Source: Botryllus schlosseri (taxonomy: Eukaryota). Taken from it: a stretch of DNA of 64,000 nucleotides. Every line of letters begins with the position of its first letter. Within the stretch, counting starts at the first letter, position 1. The DNA lies in the NCBI GenBank assembly GCA_051294905.1, contig CM119380.1, forward strand, positions 2,604,001 through 2,668,000, read 5' to 3'. A program made the translations under genes and the position numbers. Below, piece after piece: positions 1 to 12,600 of the stretch. Under the pieces are notes generated by a model. The model worked only from the letters and a program-made list of their open reading frames with translations. It was not told where the DNA came from and did no database searches.

Positions 1-159
1 ACACGATCCAGAGTGCAGTTAAATAAAAGACCACGAGACAACAGAACACAGGGAATAAATACGAAGCACGACACACGAGGAAATAATGATTGGCGGTAAT
101 TACTAATCCTAGATAAATAAGAAACAAACGATACCAACGTAAAATGCACGAACATAACA
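1..159 (-). repeat. Partial 3' LTR of a decayed Ty3/Gypsy element (runs off the window start)
   Basis: On the minus strand the purine tract AGGGGAGGA (161-169) is followed by C then TGTTATGTT, just downstream of the integrase stop at 193. Confidence 0.7.
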
Positions 160-192
160 GTCCTCCCCTGTAAGTTAAGAGTACAAGGTGAT

Positions 193-833
193 CTACGTTG
201 GCCGATAGAAATCAGTTTGTTTTCTAATTCTAAGCGGATAACGTCTGCCCGACGATCGAGCAGGACTAGCTGCAGGGCGTTGTGCCCTATTCCTGACCAA
301 TGGTTGCTCAGCTTGGGACTGTTGAGGCTGAGCAACTTCCTGTGTGGCTGTATCATTACTTGTGGAAATCAAGCGTGGTTGGAGTTGGTTTTTATGCCTT
401 CTCCAATACCCATGATCTGTTTTTATAATGTACACAACACGCCCCAGTATTTCCGTCACCACGCCAGCAACCAACCTTGGTCCGCTTCGGTAACTGCGAG
501 CGTAAACCGAGCAACCAATCTCGAAATGAGTGACTGATTGTCCAGGCGTAACGGGTTTCGATTTGTCGAAGGGCAGGCACAAACTTAACAAATTGCGCTG
601 CTGTCGAGCATGTAAGATCTCGGCAGGCGTTTTCCAGTCTATGCCCGGGTGCGGTGCACATCGGTACGAGAAGTGTTTGGAGCGCGAAGTTGAGATCTTC
701 TCCCCCGTCGCAATTTTTTATCAATCCAGCTTTCAAAGTCTGGCCGAAACGCTCCGCTTCCCCGTTAGAGGCAGGGTGAAAAGACGGTGATACGATATGG
801 CTGATTGCCAAATTAGAACAAAACGTATCGAAT
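193..833 (-). pseudogene. Ty3/Gypsy pol remnant: integrase core C-half and C-terminal domain, frameshifted
   Basis: FDTFCSNLAISHIVSPSFHPASNGEAERF (integrase core E motif), and in another frame GVVTEILGRVVYIIKTDHGYWRRHKNQLQPR. Joins in frame to 13183-13715. Confidence 0.85.
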
Positions 834-859
834 GGACCAGTGCTTTTCAACCTGTGTGA

Positions 860-1012
860 CGGTTCGCACTTGTGCGAATGAAAAAATTTGCAGTGCGAAT
901 GACGAACATGGTGCGAACGGTGCGAATGAAAATCCCGGATGAGTGCGAATGACGAAGGTGGTGCGAACGGTGCGAATGAAAATCCTGGATGAGTGCGAAT
1001 GAAAATCGTGAA
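860..1012. repeat. Subterminal short tandem repeats (GTGCGAATGA core) of the hAT element
   Basis: Repeated gtgcgaatga / gtgcgaacg motifs; these explain the HSHxSHH low-complexity ORFs. Confidence 0.8.
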
Positions 1013-1548
1013 TAATAATTGCTTTTCAAATAAACATAATACGAAATTCAAGGGCAGTGTAACTTTAGTTGTTGCGACGCAACTGTAAAAACTTGTTTAA
1101 CTTACGACGCACCACTAGTCGTAGCTCTCACAAGCCGTATAGTGAATTGATGTTTTCGCACTATAATTATTACGTAACCAAAAGTTTGGTTTGGAAGCTG
1201 GTGTAGTGACAGACATATAGCAGCCCGTCTGAGGCTGGGAAGATGACGTTAAATTCACTTTCTGCTTACTTTCGCTAAACAATCATCAATACTTCCGTAA
1301 TACCTGTTCGATTAGTGCTAGGCACGAGAACAGTAGTAAATATACTATCATTACAGACTGCCATTTGCAAGTTGCAGTAACGTAAATTTTACCCTTTCAG
1401 GGGTTATTGAAGTATAGACCGCAAAGGGTATAATTTTGGGTCGACACAGTGCCAGGACTATCTATGTGTTCGGCGTAGCCAGCCGATAAAATGGGTGGGT
1501 GGTTGAAAGAAAAGAGCGGGTTCGATTTTTACCGAATTTAGTAATATG

Positions 1549-2254
1549 CAGGGCCGTAAAAGCACTTCGTCAGCCCCCCCCCCCCAAAAAAAAACGTTGG
1601 TCCTCGGCCCCCATATGGTGATAAACCGAACTTCAGTGAGCCAGCGCTAAGCGCGAAAATTTTCGATAATTCATGATAAAATCGGTCAATAAGATCGGGA
1701 ATTGCATATATATTGCTATCAATGTCTTGTCCTCTCTGCTCACGTAATGAGTTTTACCGGTAGAGCTGAGTGAGATGTCTTTGAAACTGTACAGTCCGTA
1801 AATAATGATTGAACATCTTCGGGCGGGCGGACTCGTTGGTATGACTTCGTTACATGATGTTATTTCGTGACCTCCTGTCTGCTATATCAAAAATATAGAA
1901 TCACTCAAACGTACTAGACTGAAAGATCACACGGTTTCGGATTGGTATTTCTTCACTGGCATATAATTTTTTCTTACAGGATGATATTTGTCTTGTATGT
2001 TTGTCTCGCTGCGATCGTTCTGGCACACTTCTTGGAGTCGCATGTTTCATGGCCTAAAACGTTATATGTCTTTGTGCTTCGTGCCGCGGTAATGGCCAAC
2101 GACGATATGCCAATTTCTATAAATCTTGCCTATTTTTCTTGGGGGTAAAGCACCCAATAATCAAGATATTTGGCGACTTGAAATTGCGCCTAGCGCGAAA
2201 TATTTTTGAAAATATTGCATAAATTGGGTTTGGGGTGCGGCAGTTACGGCCCTG
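1549..2254. mobile_element. hAT-like MITE (CAGGGCCGTAA family)
   Basis: TIR CAGGGCCGTAA / TTACGGCCCTG; imperfect 8-bp TSD GTAATATG/GTTATATA; homologous to 62950-64000. Confidence 0.65.
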
Positions 2255-2534
2255 GTTATATAGCATCAATTCATTAGGGTTAAGTACATGCGTAAATGAC
2301 GATTATACAACATCCTTGTGTTGACGATTATACGCGTATGATAAGCTTGTCGACGAGTCCGAAAGAGCTGTTAATTAGCGACTCCCTGATCTGTCGTGAA
2401 CAATTGAATACGCGCGCTTATCAAGGCATCGAACAATAAAATACGCGCGCTGACCAATGCGTCTTACGTAGCCCCGGCCAAAGTATGGTAGGCCCAAGAC
2501 GCGGTAGTTAGGCTAGCAATATCTTTCGTATACT

Positions 2535-2715
2535 AGGCCTATTGCAGATGCGATTGTGCAGGCCAGCGATGATATCGTGCGCAACAAGCCAATGCAGATG
2601 CGATTGTGTAGACCAGCGATGATATCGGGCACACAGGGCCAATTGCAGATGCGATTATTCAAGCCAGCGGAACTAGGCTTGTTGGAGACGCGATAAATCA
2701 GGCTAGCGACGATTG
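2535..2715. repeat. ~50-bp tandem repeat, 3-4 degenerate copies
   Basis: GCAGATGCGATT recurs at about 2544, 2594 and 2645. Confidence 0.65.
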
Positions 2716-2782
2716 CCTAACGCGTGGCAATAAATGACCTGATTTCGCAATTATCTCAGCGGGAGATCGTGTCACGTTACAT

Positions 2783-3109
2783 TAGGCTTACCATACCAAG
2801 GTCATATTTCCCGCTCAGAGCTCAAAATACCGTTTTTCACTCCACTTTGCCAGGTGCATGACTAAAAAACAGGTCATCTTTTCGCTCAGACCTAAAATCA
2901 CCGTTTTTCACTCCGAGATACACGCCGGAGCTTCACTTCTGTGCTAATTTGCGGCATATCACTCGCAATTTGCTCTAAATCTGACTTAAATTTTCAAAAA
3001 AGAGGACAAAATCTCAAACAAGAGGACAAAAGGCCGTCCTCCGAGGACACTTTCAAAAAAGCCAAAAAAGAGGACCAATCCTCTTAAAAGAGGACGTATG
3101 GTAAGCCTA
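2783..3109. mobile_element. hAT-type MITE
   Basis: TIR TAGGCTTACCATAC / GTATGGTAAGCCTA; perfect TSD CGTTACAT. Confidence 0.9.
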
Positions 3110-3651
3110 CGTTACATTTGCAGTGCAATGCGCAATGACGAATCTCGCTAATTGGTATCACTCCTTTCGTTATTTGGCCGCGCGCAACACTGATAATACG
3201 ACTTATTGAATTGCAACCGAGTATTAGGGTCTGAAGGGCCATTTCGAAAGGATGGGGTTTCACGTTTAAGGAGGGGGTTTCGCGTTTCTAAAGGGAGAAT
3301 AGCACATTTTGAACAACGTCGACAATATTTTTTCAACAGAAATGAATTTCAGTACTGGGCGTTCTTCTGAAAACAGATCCCGGACCGCAAAATATGACAT
3401 CTCGGGCCTCATGCGACCCGCGGGTCGCGTGTTAGTGACCCCTGCTTTAAGACCTGACCATCCAAGCAGTAGTTAACTAGTAGAAGAAGACCTGACCATC
3501 CAAGCACTAGTTAACTAGTAGAAGGGTTTTTAGTGAAATAGCTGAAATCAAAACGAGCGAAAATAGTAGCATTTTTCATGAGACACTTGATAGCTTAAGA
3601 TACATAGTAGCCAATTTGTTGCACATCTGAGCAAATAAATGTTGTATTTTC

Positions 3652-4564
3652 TAGGGATGGTGTGAACCTCTGAAAGATTCAGGTTCGTGTGAACGCGAAC
3701 CTTTTTGAAAGGTTCTGTGTGAACGCGAACGTGAACCTCATGACGTCACGTGACGTCACACTGCTAATTCCAACTCCATATTTCAGTGAAGTGATAGCCT
3801 TGCGATACCTTATCGACGACTCGGCCACATAATGCAACAATGCTGAAGTACATATAGACGTTTTAAACGTCTACAGATATATCAACTGGGGCAATCAATT
3901 GATATAATCATCCCAGAAAATCAATATCTCCCGTCGCTTTGTCAACAATTTCGACGAGGACTTGCAAGGGCAGATAGGCTTACGCCGTAACGGTCTAGGC
4001 CAGACCGGACAATGTATTCGGCGTCTATACTTGCTACCAATATTGTCGCATTAACAAGTTATGCGGCAGTAGCCAATACCCCAATCGCATGGATTTGGTT
4101 TTTATGATAAAGTGATATAATACAATGATACAAGATTGACCCCGTACGCTTGCTAGATTTTTTACATCAGACAACGATATCATTTTCATTGATTGGTTGA
4201 ATAAGCATAATTCGCTGACTACCTACATGTAGTGTATTTCGTTCTTGATGTCGTGTGATTGCGGGTCAAGCTCACAGCCGAGAGTCACTAAATAGGCCTA
4301 TTTACAAACGGAAAGCTGGATATTCCGAGCAAACTTTTGTAACAAAGTAAGTAAAATATTTGAGATTGACACGGTGCATGCTCGTTTAGTGATGATTTTT
4401 ATACTGCCAGCGCCATGCACCGAGTGGCCCGCAGTTGAAATGCAATAAATTTCAACCAAAGATGTTATAATGAAGTGTAAATTGTAATATATGAAAAAGG
4501 TTCACAGTGCAGAACCTACCAAGGTTCGTTTGTGAACGTGAACCTCACGTTCACACCATCCCTA
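3652..4564. mobile_element. hAT-type non-autonomous element (TAGGGATGGTGTGAAC family)
   Basis: TIR TAGGGATGGTGTGAAC / GTTCACACCATCCCTA; perfect TSD GTATTTTC; right half homologous to 42340-42784. Confidence 0.9.
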
Positions 4565-5205
4565 GTATTTTCATCTTCTTTTTGTATATCAATATTCGGT
4601 TAGTTTGTGCGAATGAAATTTATTTTACAAAAAAAGTGCGAATGAAGCTCAAAAAGGTTGAAAAGCACTGGAATGGACGATTCTCACCGCTTCAGCGCCC
4701 CTTTCTCACCGCTTCAGCGCCCCTTGTGGATGGTTGGCCAGAGTGATTTCGCCTCCATAAGGCTAGCATTGTCAGCAAAAGGCAATCTCATTATTTTGCC
4801 CTTCTGGCGACGCTTTAATGCGAGCGTATGAGTTCTTAGTTATTGCTACAGCCCTTATGACTGATTTCATGTCATTGCTAGCAAAATCAGGGTGGTCATT
4901 GCTAGCAAAATCAGAACCCTATTTCTTCACTAGTTGTTTGAGAATCCTTATCCGTTGAACTGCATTTTGCCAAAATGCACTGATGCCAATGTTTATCTCC
5001 AATGTCACAAATGGCAGGAACATTTTAGACAGTACTCGTACCGATAGTATGTAACTAGCATATTCTGAGTTGTTGACGGGTTTACCCACGTTAAGTTTTG
5101 CTGATGTAGACAGGATTGCCAGTGAATTTTTTTTGCCTCTCGCTGCCGTCAATGCGTGATATTGGTGTGTGAGAGAGAGAGTCTTTATTTTCATCAAACC
5201 AAAAT

Positions 5206-7306
5206 CAGTGGCGGCTCGTGACAATATCGTGTGGTGGGGCAAGGGGTGTACGCGATTTTAATTGTCTAAATGACGTCACAATAGTGTATTGCGACGTGAA
5301 AATGTGACTTCGTGATGGCCACACACAATTTGAATGGGGTATAGACATTAGACATGGTTAACAATGATTAAGCATTTCAAATTATTCGAGAGAAAATATG
5401 AAGTACAGTATAGTTCATACATGCACATTTTAACGTTCGTAACAGTAGGCCTATTGCGCGCGGCGTGATTTCATAGTTGAAAAATGTTCAACGACGAGTT
5501 CATTGAAATCTGGAATACCCAGAATGAGAGCGTAAGAATCGTGAGCACATCTAACGCATCGAGCCTAATCACTGCAGCAAAGTTGATAAAAAGCGATTTT
5601 TCAACTATGGGAATTTTACAAGTTCACTAGTGGTTACTACTTCGGAAAAAGATGTATTGGAATATAAACAAGTCAACTCGAGTTGAGCAATGTCGACCAT
5701 CGGGTAATATCGAGACACCGTTTGCTGTAGCCCGCATGGTTCAGATCACGTTACCCAATTTCGGTCGCACTAGAGACACTGTCCCCTTGTACCAGCAGTG
5801 TAAAAGTGTATAACAAGGCGTCCTTATCCTCGCTTATACGTCAGCCTTTCATTTTTTTATCGAAGTACGTTGGGAAAAGGGTAAGAGTGCGCTTTCCTTC
5901 CGTGTACGGTTAGATCAATGGATAATTTCCAGGCTGATAATGGCCGAGTCTTGCGTAAAAACACCGATTTTAGCGTAAAATATACTGAGGAATAGACTGA
6001 TCAAGCGATCAGCTGTTAGCCGTCATCGAAAACGAACTATAGCTACCGCGCTTGACATAGTGATGTCAGCAAATGGCTTGAAGGCCACTATTTCACGGTA
6101 AAATTGACATTGGAGAATATAAAATAAAGTAAAGATTTGAATGCAAACCGCGAATCTTAGTAACCTCTTTTATGAGATCATCATCTCTTCACCTATCTCA
6201 GTATGAAACACAGTTAAAATTAGCACATACCAACACAGGCTTTTGCGTGAAATCCGCAATGCGGTAATTAGTATTAGGCCATGTGTCAGATCAGTACCCA
6301 TCTCTACTACACCCATCTCTACTATACTTGACCTCGATGACGAAATTAGTGCCCAAATCATTGAGTGTCAACCTCGGGACTTGGCACAACGTTCGATACT
6401 GAAATCAAGACATACCGTTCAAAAGCTCAAGACCGATCTAGGTATGGAGCATCGTTAAAATCGATAGAGACCAATACCGGTTTTGCGTAAAATCTGTTAG
6501 TCATAAATGGCGAGTCAGCTCTCACTCGACTTAGGAGACGAAATTACCACCCACATAGTTCCGTGATAAACTTTAAACTTGGTACGGCGTTCGATACTAA
6601 CACTATGACTAACTATGCCAAATGTCATGACCGATCTGGGTATGAAACATCGTCAAAATCAATGGAGACCAATGCCCGCTTTTAAGTAAAATCTGTTTGC
6701 GATACATGACGGATTAGCACACTGTCAACGTTGGAAACGAAATTACTACCCTACACTTTAATTAACAACCCTGAAACTTGGAGCGGTGTTAAATACCACC
6801 ATCACGAAATAACATACCAAGTTTCAACAATTTTCAATGTGCGAAACATCGCAAATATCGTCCAATACCAGCTAAGGTCGACTCAACGCGTGTGCCGGTA
6901 ACCGAGTTGAGATATAGATACGATTGTTACATCACACTTTAGGGGCAACCAGGCAAGTTGCCCTACTTGCTCGGTAATTTTATGAATAGGAGAGAGTAAA
7001 TCACCGTTTCTTTATTGTGCGCGGATTTCAGAGAATAGACAGTGAAAGCTTGTTATGAGCGCTACCGGGGCAAGCCCCGGCTAGGCATTCACAAAGCGAA
7101 AACACAGAAGAGAATTCGATTTTCGCAGAGACTGCGCGAGCTATGGGCTTGGGCATTTACAAGCGAAAGCACAAGAAGAATGCGGGTTTCGCTGTGATAT
7201 CGGTATATATTGTTTGCTGTGCGTCTATAAATGGTAAATGATTGTTATTGAACAGAATTTTAGGTGGGGCAATGCCCCAGTTGCCCTATAGGACGAGCCG
7301 CCACTG
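5206..7306. mobile_element. Non-autonomous hAT element (CAGTGGCGGCTCG family), copy 1
   Basis: TIR CAGTGGCGGCTCGT / ACGAGCCGCCACTG; perfect TSD ACCAAAAT; internal degenerate ~200-bp repeats; sister copy at 54296-56128. Confidence 0.9.
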
Positions 7307-7508
7307 ACCAAAATACATAACACACGGCAGTGGTCGCGGTGCAGAAAATATGCATGCACAGTATTCGGTATTAGATAGGAATGATCGATAAGACCGTGAA
7401 GGTCATCTAGTCTGATCACACCAGCATCAAACAGGTACACTTGACTCTAAACAGTCTGGCTGTAAAAAATGTTACAGTAGTTAAAAAAATAGAATAGAAG
7501 AAAAATTA

Positions 7509-10500
7509 GGGGGGAGGGTACTGCTAGACTCACAAAATTTTCAAATTGCGATATTTCATAACCAATTGATGCTGGATTCCTAAAAATTGGTGTGTGAGCT
7601 ATTTAGACTCAACTTCATATACTGCAAGAATTTCAGCATTTTACGATGACTCCTTGGGCCCAAATTGGGGGGGAGATTGGCGAATCGAACAAGTAGCACG
7701 GGAAAACGCCTGTCTCATCGATGGATGCTGAGAGATTCTAAGCAATGCTTTATAAAGTGTCCCGAGGCCTATAAGAACCTGCTGAAACGCTTGAAACTTC
7801 CGATATCAAAAAGAAAATTACGGAATATTCGTTTGGTGCTAGTGAGGTGCTGAATTTTCGATTTTTTTTCGTAAAATTCAGATTATAAGTAGCATAGTGC
7901 GTATACTAAATGTCAGGTAGCAAAAACAATAGTTTCAGCAGGTAGAGCAGTCCTACCGCTACTACTAACCCAAGTTTGATCAGGATTGAAGGTCTTTTGA
8001 TATAAAAATTTCTTGTCCTCGTGACCCCATATTACCAAAAACTAAAAATGAGAGAAAATCAACTTTGAAAATTGAAAAATATTTTGGTGAAAAAGTAGAG
8101 CAGGTATTTGAAATCTGTTGCCTTTAAATGTTGTAGGCATGCTTTAATGAGTATATAGCCAAATTTGAAGGAAATTGAATGATCCTAAATGCGAAATAAA
8201 AGATACAAATTTTGTGCGATTTGATGATTTTTCACTCAAAATTGCTATACCAAATTTGAAAATTTTCTAAATCCTAAATCAGACATCAGTTAGATGTTGT
8301 ATAGACGAAATAACATATTGTGAATACTGCAACATTGTCAATACCGATCGCATTTGGTACGAGGGAAGATATTACACCCACATTTACCTCCCGAGATCTT
8401 TCAAACAAGCAAATTTTCGGCATCAAATGTAATAAAAAAAAACGAAACAAACAATATCGAACGTTGCAACAGTGAGGAAAGAATCAATGATGCAGCACTA
8501 ATATAATCAAAATTTTCCTGCACTGTAAGTAGTGCCTTCGTGTCTCTCAGACTCTCTATCCTTGGATAAATCATCCAATCTTTTACGTTTCCGTTCCCGC
8601 GTTGTGTCAGCCTGAGTGTGAGATCGTTTAATTCTGATGGCATCGTCTCTAGATGCCGCATCTTTGACGCGGGGACTCATTGGAACTCCTGCAGAATTGC
8701 ACACATTGAACAAACCTTTTGCACCATTGTTCCATCGTATAACTGCAAGAGCCACCACAAATTCCATGTAGTCTTTACCAAAAAAAGATTCCTTGGAGCA
8801 TCGCTTCCATAATGTGCTGTGGAGGCACTCATTCGCATTTTGAGTTTGCAGTTTCATGCACCTAGAAAGCAAATCTAAACTTGCAAGATCTTGAAATACA
8901 GGTTTTACTGCTTGGAACATTTGAGGTGTCAGTGGATGGTACTTGCTTTTTGGTAGTGGTATCGGATCACTAGCTCCTTCCCGTTTAGCTTTTTTGTAAA
9001 AACACCACGCCTCATCACAATAACCATGAGTGGGTTTTTCCGGGGTTGAACAATTGTGCAACAGTATTGCCCAAACTTTTTTTGAGGCTTCTTTTGCATC
9101 GGGTGCACTATTCACAATGGCATTGTGGTAGTACTGACTCCACTTTTTTATTCTGGGAATACTCAATTTGCCGACCCCTCCCATTTTACGTTTTTTTAGT
9201 TTTTCCGTCTGTACGACCTTTGTTAATCTGGTGTACATTCTTTTATTGACGTGGTTGATGCACTCCTCCTTTACCACAGCGATGGACCTATAGGGTTTTG
9301 ATTCTTTCAGCATTGCCATCACTGAGGAATCTCCATCTGAAATCATTGTAGTGTAACGAAATCCTATTTCTGCAGAACGATGCCAAAGAATTTTGGCTAT
9401 ATCTCTCTCCGTGGCCCCCGATGATCCCTCGTGGTTTTTATAGCATACTGGCTGGTGTTCCTCTCTCCACTTTTTCAATGCTTCATCCTTGTACCTTTTT
9501 TCGTTGGTATCGCAAACACGCCAATATTTAGATTTTACTTCATAGTCGAGCACAAAACCTGTGCTCGGCTCTATGACGAAGCCGATGCCATATTTACTGA
9601 CATGCCCCCTTTTTTGCCAGGTTCCGTCATAGGACACACTGATATTGGTCAGGCCATTTTCATCACTTTGATCATATATATTTTTTACAGACTGTCTGGA
9701 TGAATCAATGGAATCTTTCAGAGTAGATTTGGTCCTGTTATAGATTAGAGCTGAAATTTTTTCGAATGATTTTTTGGAAATGCCCTTTTCAATACCCATC
9801 ATTTCTGTGAACGAATTCAGCTTAGCCAAGTGCATAGAATTTTGCAGAGCAGAGAACACAGCTCTTGTGTTTATTTGGTGATGGGAATGATTCTTACCGT
9901 CGAGTTCTACGATATCTTTCATTTCGGAGGTGTATTGTCGAAAAATTTCTTTTTTGCAGCATGATACTCCGATAATAATTTGAGTTGCAAATCCTTTATG
10001 CTGTATGCAGTTCCAATAGCCTTTGTCAGTTGAGCCACAGTCGGGGCAATTCACAATTTTTTGAACAACTGAATCAAAAAATGCAAAACTTGCGAGGAAA
10101 AACGTCTCTGCAGAATCTGAACCACCACTTCCAGATGTTGAGGGCGATAAAAGGTCCAATCTTTTCTCAAAAGATTTCTTAGGAACTACCGGTACTTTTC
10201 CGCGATTATAGCATTTTCTTTTCCTGTTGCCAAATGCCTTCTTAGTGGTTATCTTTGTCCTCATAATCAATACAACGATTAGCAATCAATAATCTACCAA
10301 TGCAATCTTGAAAATTTCCCAATATGATAAACAAAACACAGAAAATGGATAACTTTCACCTCTTCTCTTGTGAGCGAACAGCTGATCGCAATCCAGGAGT
10401 AGTAGGATTACAATGTTTTGAACGTCACGCTTAATCGATTACAGATATGGCTCTTCTACTCACTGTATGAAATGATGATTACTGATTGTTTACAGACAAT

Positions 10501-10699
10501 TTTGAGCTTGTTTGAAAATGAGAGGAGGGGGGGGGGTATTTATACGAAAACATGAGATTTCAAATATCATTTTAACAAACTTCTAATTACAAATCAGGCA
10601 AGGTAAGCATATTTTTTGAAAGAGCTAGTTTTATACATTTGGATTCTGCAATAAAAAAAAAAATGAAATTTTTTCCGAGTCCAGCAGTACCCTCCCCCC
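7509..10699 (-). mobile_element. Kolobok-type DNA transposon, apparently full length
   Basis: TIR GGGGGGAGGGTACTGCTAGACTC / GAGTCCAGCAGTACCTCCCCCCC; TTAA on the right and TTA on the left, at the LINE site AAAAATTAAACG; purine-purine start. Confidence 0.85.
8507..10285 (-). CDS. Kolobok-type DDE transposase (592-codon ORF; first ATG at 10264)
   Basis: CPDC, SYDGTWQKRGH, ISDGDSS, KEECINHVNKR, CxxxWC and TQNANECLH motifs in order, with no internal stop. Confidence 0.9.
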   Translation of the reverse strand: MLIVVLIMRTKITTKKAFGNRKRKCYNRGKVPVVPKKSFEKRLDLLSPSTSGSGGSDSAETFFLASFAFFDSVVQKIVNCPDCGSTDKGYWNCIQHKGFATQIIIGVSCCKKEIFRQYTSEMKDIVELDGKNHSHHQINTRAVFSALQNSMHLAKLNSFTEMMGIEKGISKKSFEKISALIYNRTKSTLKDSIDSSRQSVKNIYDQSDENGLTNISVSYDGTWQKRGHVSKYGIGFVIEPSTGFVLDYEVKSKYWRVCDTNEKRYKDEALKKWREEHQPVCYKNHEGSSGATERDIAKILWHRSAEIGFRYTTMISDGDSSVMAMLKESKPYRSIAVVKEECINHVNKRMYTRLTKVVQTEKLKKRKMGGVGKLSIPRIKKWSQYYHNAIVNSAPDAKEASKKVWAILLHNCSTPEKPTHGYCDEAWCFYKKAKREGASDPIPLPKSKYHPLTPQMFQAVKPVFQDLASLDLLSRCMKLQTQNANECLHSTLWKRCSKESFFGKDYMEFVVALAVIRWNNGAKGLFNVCNSAGVPMSPRVKDAASRDDAIRIKRSHTQADTTRERKRKRLDDLSKDRESERHEGTTYSAGKF

Positions 10700-11644
10700 T
10701 TAAACGATGGTAGCAAATGATCAATGAAGCAATGTCCGGGCAAGGTAGGGCAACAGTGTTAGTGTAGCGATAAGAGGTGATCAAGTAGGGCTTTTTTGAA
10801 TCTATTAAAGGGCAATTCGCGGATATGTGGTGGTAATGCATTCCAGATGATAGGTCCCGAGTAGTCGATGGACCTCTTAGTTAAGTTGCTATTGGGTGGG
10901 GGTAGGTCGATATTTCCTTTAGACGAGGATCTCGTGTAATGGGAGTGGACATTTTTAGCAGGCATGAAAAAGTCATGGAAAAATATTTGTGAATGACTTT
11001 TGATACTTCGAAGCGATATAGGTCGTCAACTTGCAAAATTCGGTGCTTACGGTAGTAAGGTAAAGCAATAACTTGTAAAGCGAAGTATAAGCAGTTAAAT
11101 TTTTCCTAAATAATAACGAATTATACGAAGCTTTAAATACGAGTACAAAATGCTGCCGCACATTCCTATTTTCCAGGTGCAGATGTGCCATATTGACCAA
11201 CCACAACGCCGTGGACCATGGAACGATGGACATTATTTCAAGATCTGATGACGAACTGCCTAGAATAGTCAGTGACACCAAACCCATTTGCTGGATATGA
11301 AAGGGTCATGGCGAACCGGAGATCATTATTTTAACCGGGTTTATACTTTGGTCTCCATGGTGTTCTCATGTACCAAACCCATCACTTCCAGTTGTGCCCC
11401 AGATAGCTCTGCATAACTGGCTGGTTTCTAGCAAATGGCCAATACATTGTCAATAACTCGTCCATTGTCTACGCGCCTAATTTGTCACTATAAACACACA
11501 CAGAACTGTCGAAAGTTGATTATTTATTGAACAGATGGGAAATGCAAGGATTGCATGCTATGGTAGAATAGCAGTCAACCATGCCTCAAGACTTGTGTGT
11601 ATCCTCCCTTCAGTGTGCTAGATTATTTGTTAATGTACGCATCG

Positions 11645-12600
11645 TCATTGAACCGTTATTGAACCTTCACTCAAATCCTGTATTCGTTCCTTTGCTTTAC
11701 ATAACTCTTCGGAAAGGGGTAAATCTTCTTTACAATAGCTGTGATCCAACAATGGCTCTTGCAGGTGTGTGATCTGATCAGTGCTGCTTGAACCCGGCAT
11801 TTCTTCTGGAGTGTCATGTCCATGTCCACTGCAAATACAGTTATGCAAAAATTAATGACATGTAACCAATGGCGGAACATGCCACGTGACAGAAATTAAA
11901 GTATGCACAACTACGCCATGGAATTAAGCAAATATGGCAGTTTATGAAATAGGTCTAAATTTACTTACTTGAAGTAATCGAGCTTTGACTCAATAATTAG
12001 TCCCAGTGATGTAACCAAAAAATATCAAACAATTATAAAATTGGTCAAATCATAAATGAGTCGGATTACATAACATGTCAGTAAGCTTGCTACAGATTGA
12101 TGGGAATGATTTTCGCTACTCATATATATGTTGCAATTGTAATCTGTTGTAAATTGATAATTTATTTATTCTTGTCACCTCTGATGCCTGAGCAACATCT
12201 TTCTTGGTGCTCTTGACTTCGTCCACTCAAAAATGCCAGGAACCGCTCCCATTTTCAAAAAGTGACGTCCGCTAGAAATTAGTCTATAGTTCTTTTCATG
12301 AAAATGCTCGCCAGAAACCCGCGTATTTACAGTTATCTATACAAATGTCAAGAGTTATCTCTGGACAGAACATATGAGAGACTGAAACAGTTGTGATGAT
12401 TTCCTTACTTTAAAATTTGGCCCAACTTCACGTCGAATGTTTTGTACCCAATTTTTCCTTGTTTCTTCTTTAACAGGAAACCAGTGAAAAGATAAATTCA
12501 TCGTCATTCTTGAGTCATTGTTGCATTTTGGAACGCAGCAGTGCAAATGGGATCTTCCTTTCACAGTCCGCGGTCCCTTATCTGCATTCATATCCGATTT
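11645..12600 (-). pseudogene. THAP-domain N-terminus of the ISL2EU-like transposase, decayed
   Basis: HCCVPKCNNDSR...LSFHWFPVKEETRKNWVQNIRRE (THAP), then LLDHSYC plus a coiled-coil-like stretch in ORF 11645-11848. Confidence 0.7.

Larger units (their letters stand above)
838..4670. mobile_element. Non-autonomous hAT element containing nested MITEs
   Basis: TIR CAGTGCTTTTCAACC / GGTTGAAAAGCACTG; perfect 8-bp TSD GAATGGAC (830-837, 4671-4678); GTGCGAATGA motifs at both ends. Confidence 0.9.
5171..11060 (-). mobile_element. 5'-truncated copy of the LINE at 57524-61694, split by a hAT and a Kolobok element
   Basis: Pieces 10704-11060, 7307-7508 and 5171-5205 match the reverse complement of about 61080-61694, including the ORF2 end (PAKNVHSHYTRSS...LLDHLLSLH) and the (TC)n tail. 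Confidence 0.9.

Noticed and set aside
847-1051. His/Ser-rich N-terminal part of ORF 392-1051 and ORF 847-1029
   Set aside because: Read-through from hAT subterminal repeats into the Gypsy integrase; not a real fusion protein.
3445-3522. ~38-bp tandem duplication ending in CTAGT as a Helitron end
   Set aside because: No GC-rich hairpin upstream; better explained as a local duplication.
7665-7853. 62-aa ORF as the second gene of the Kolobok element
   Set aside because: Short, starts at TTG, no recognisable motif.
7509-10699. KolobokP-type long terminal direct repeats
   Set aside because: The two end regions share only the short inverted termini; no direct repeat is visible.
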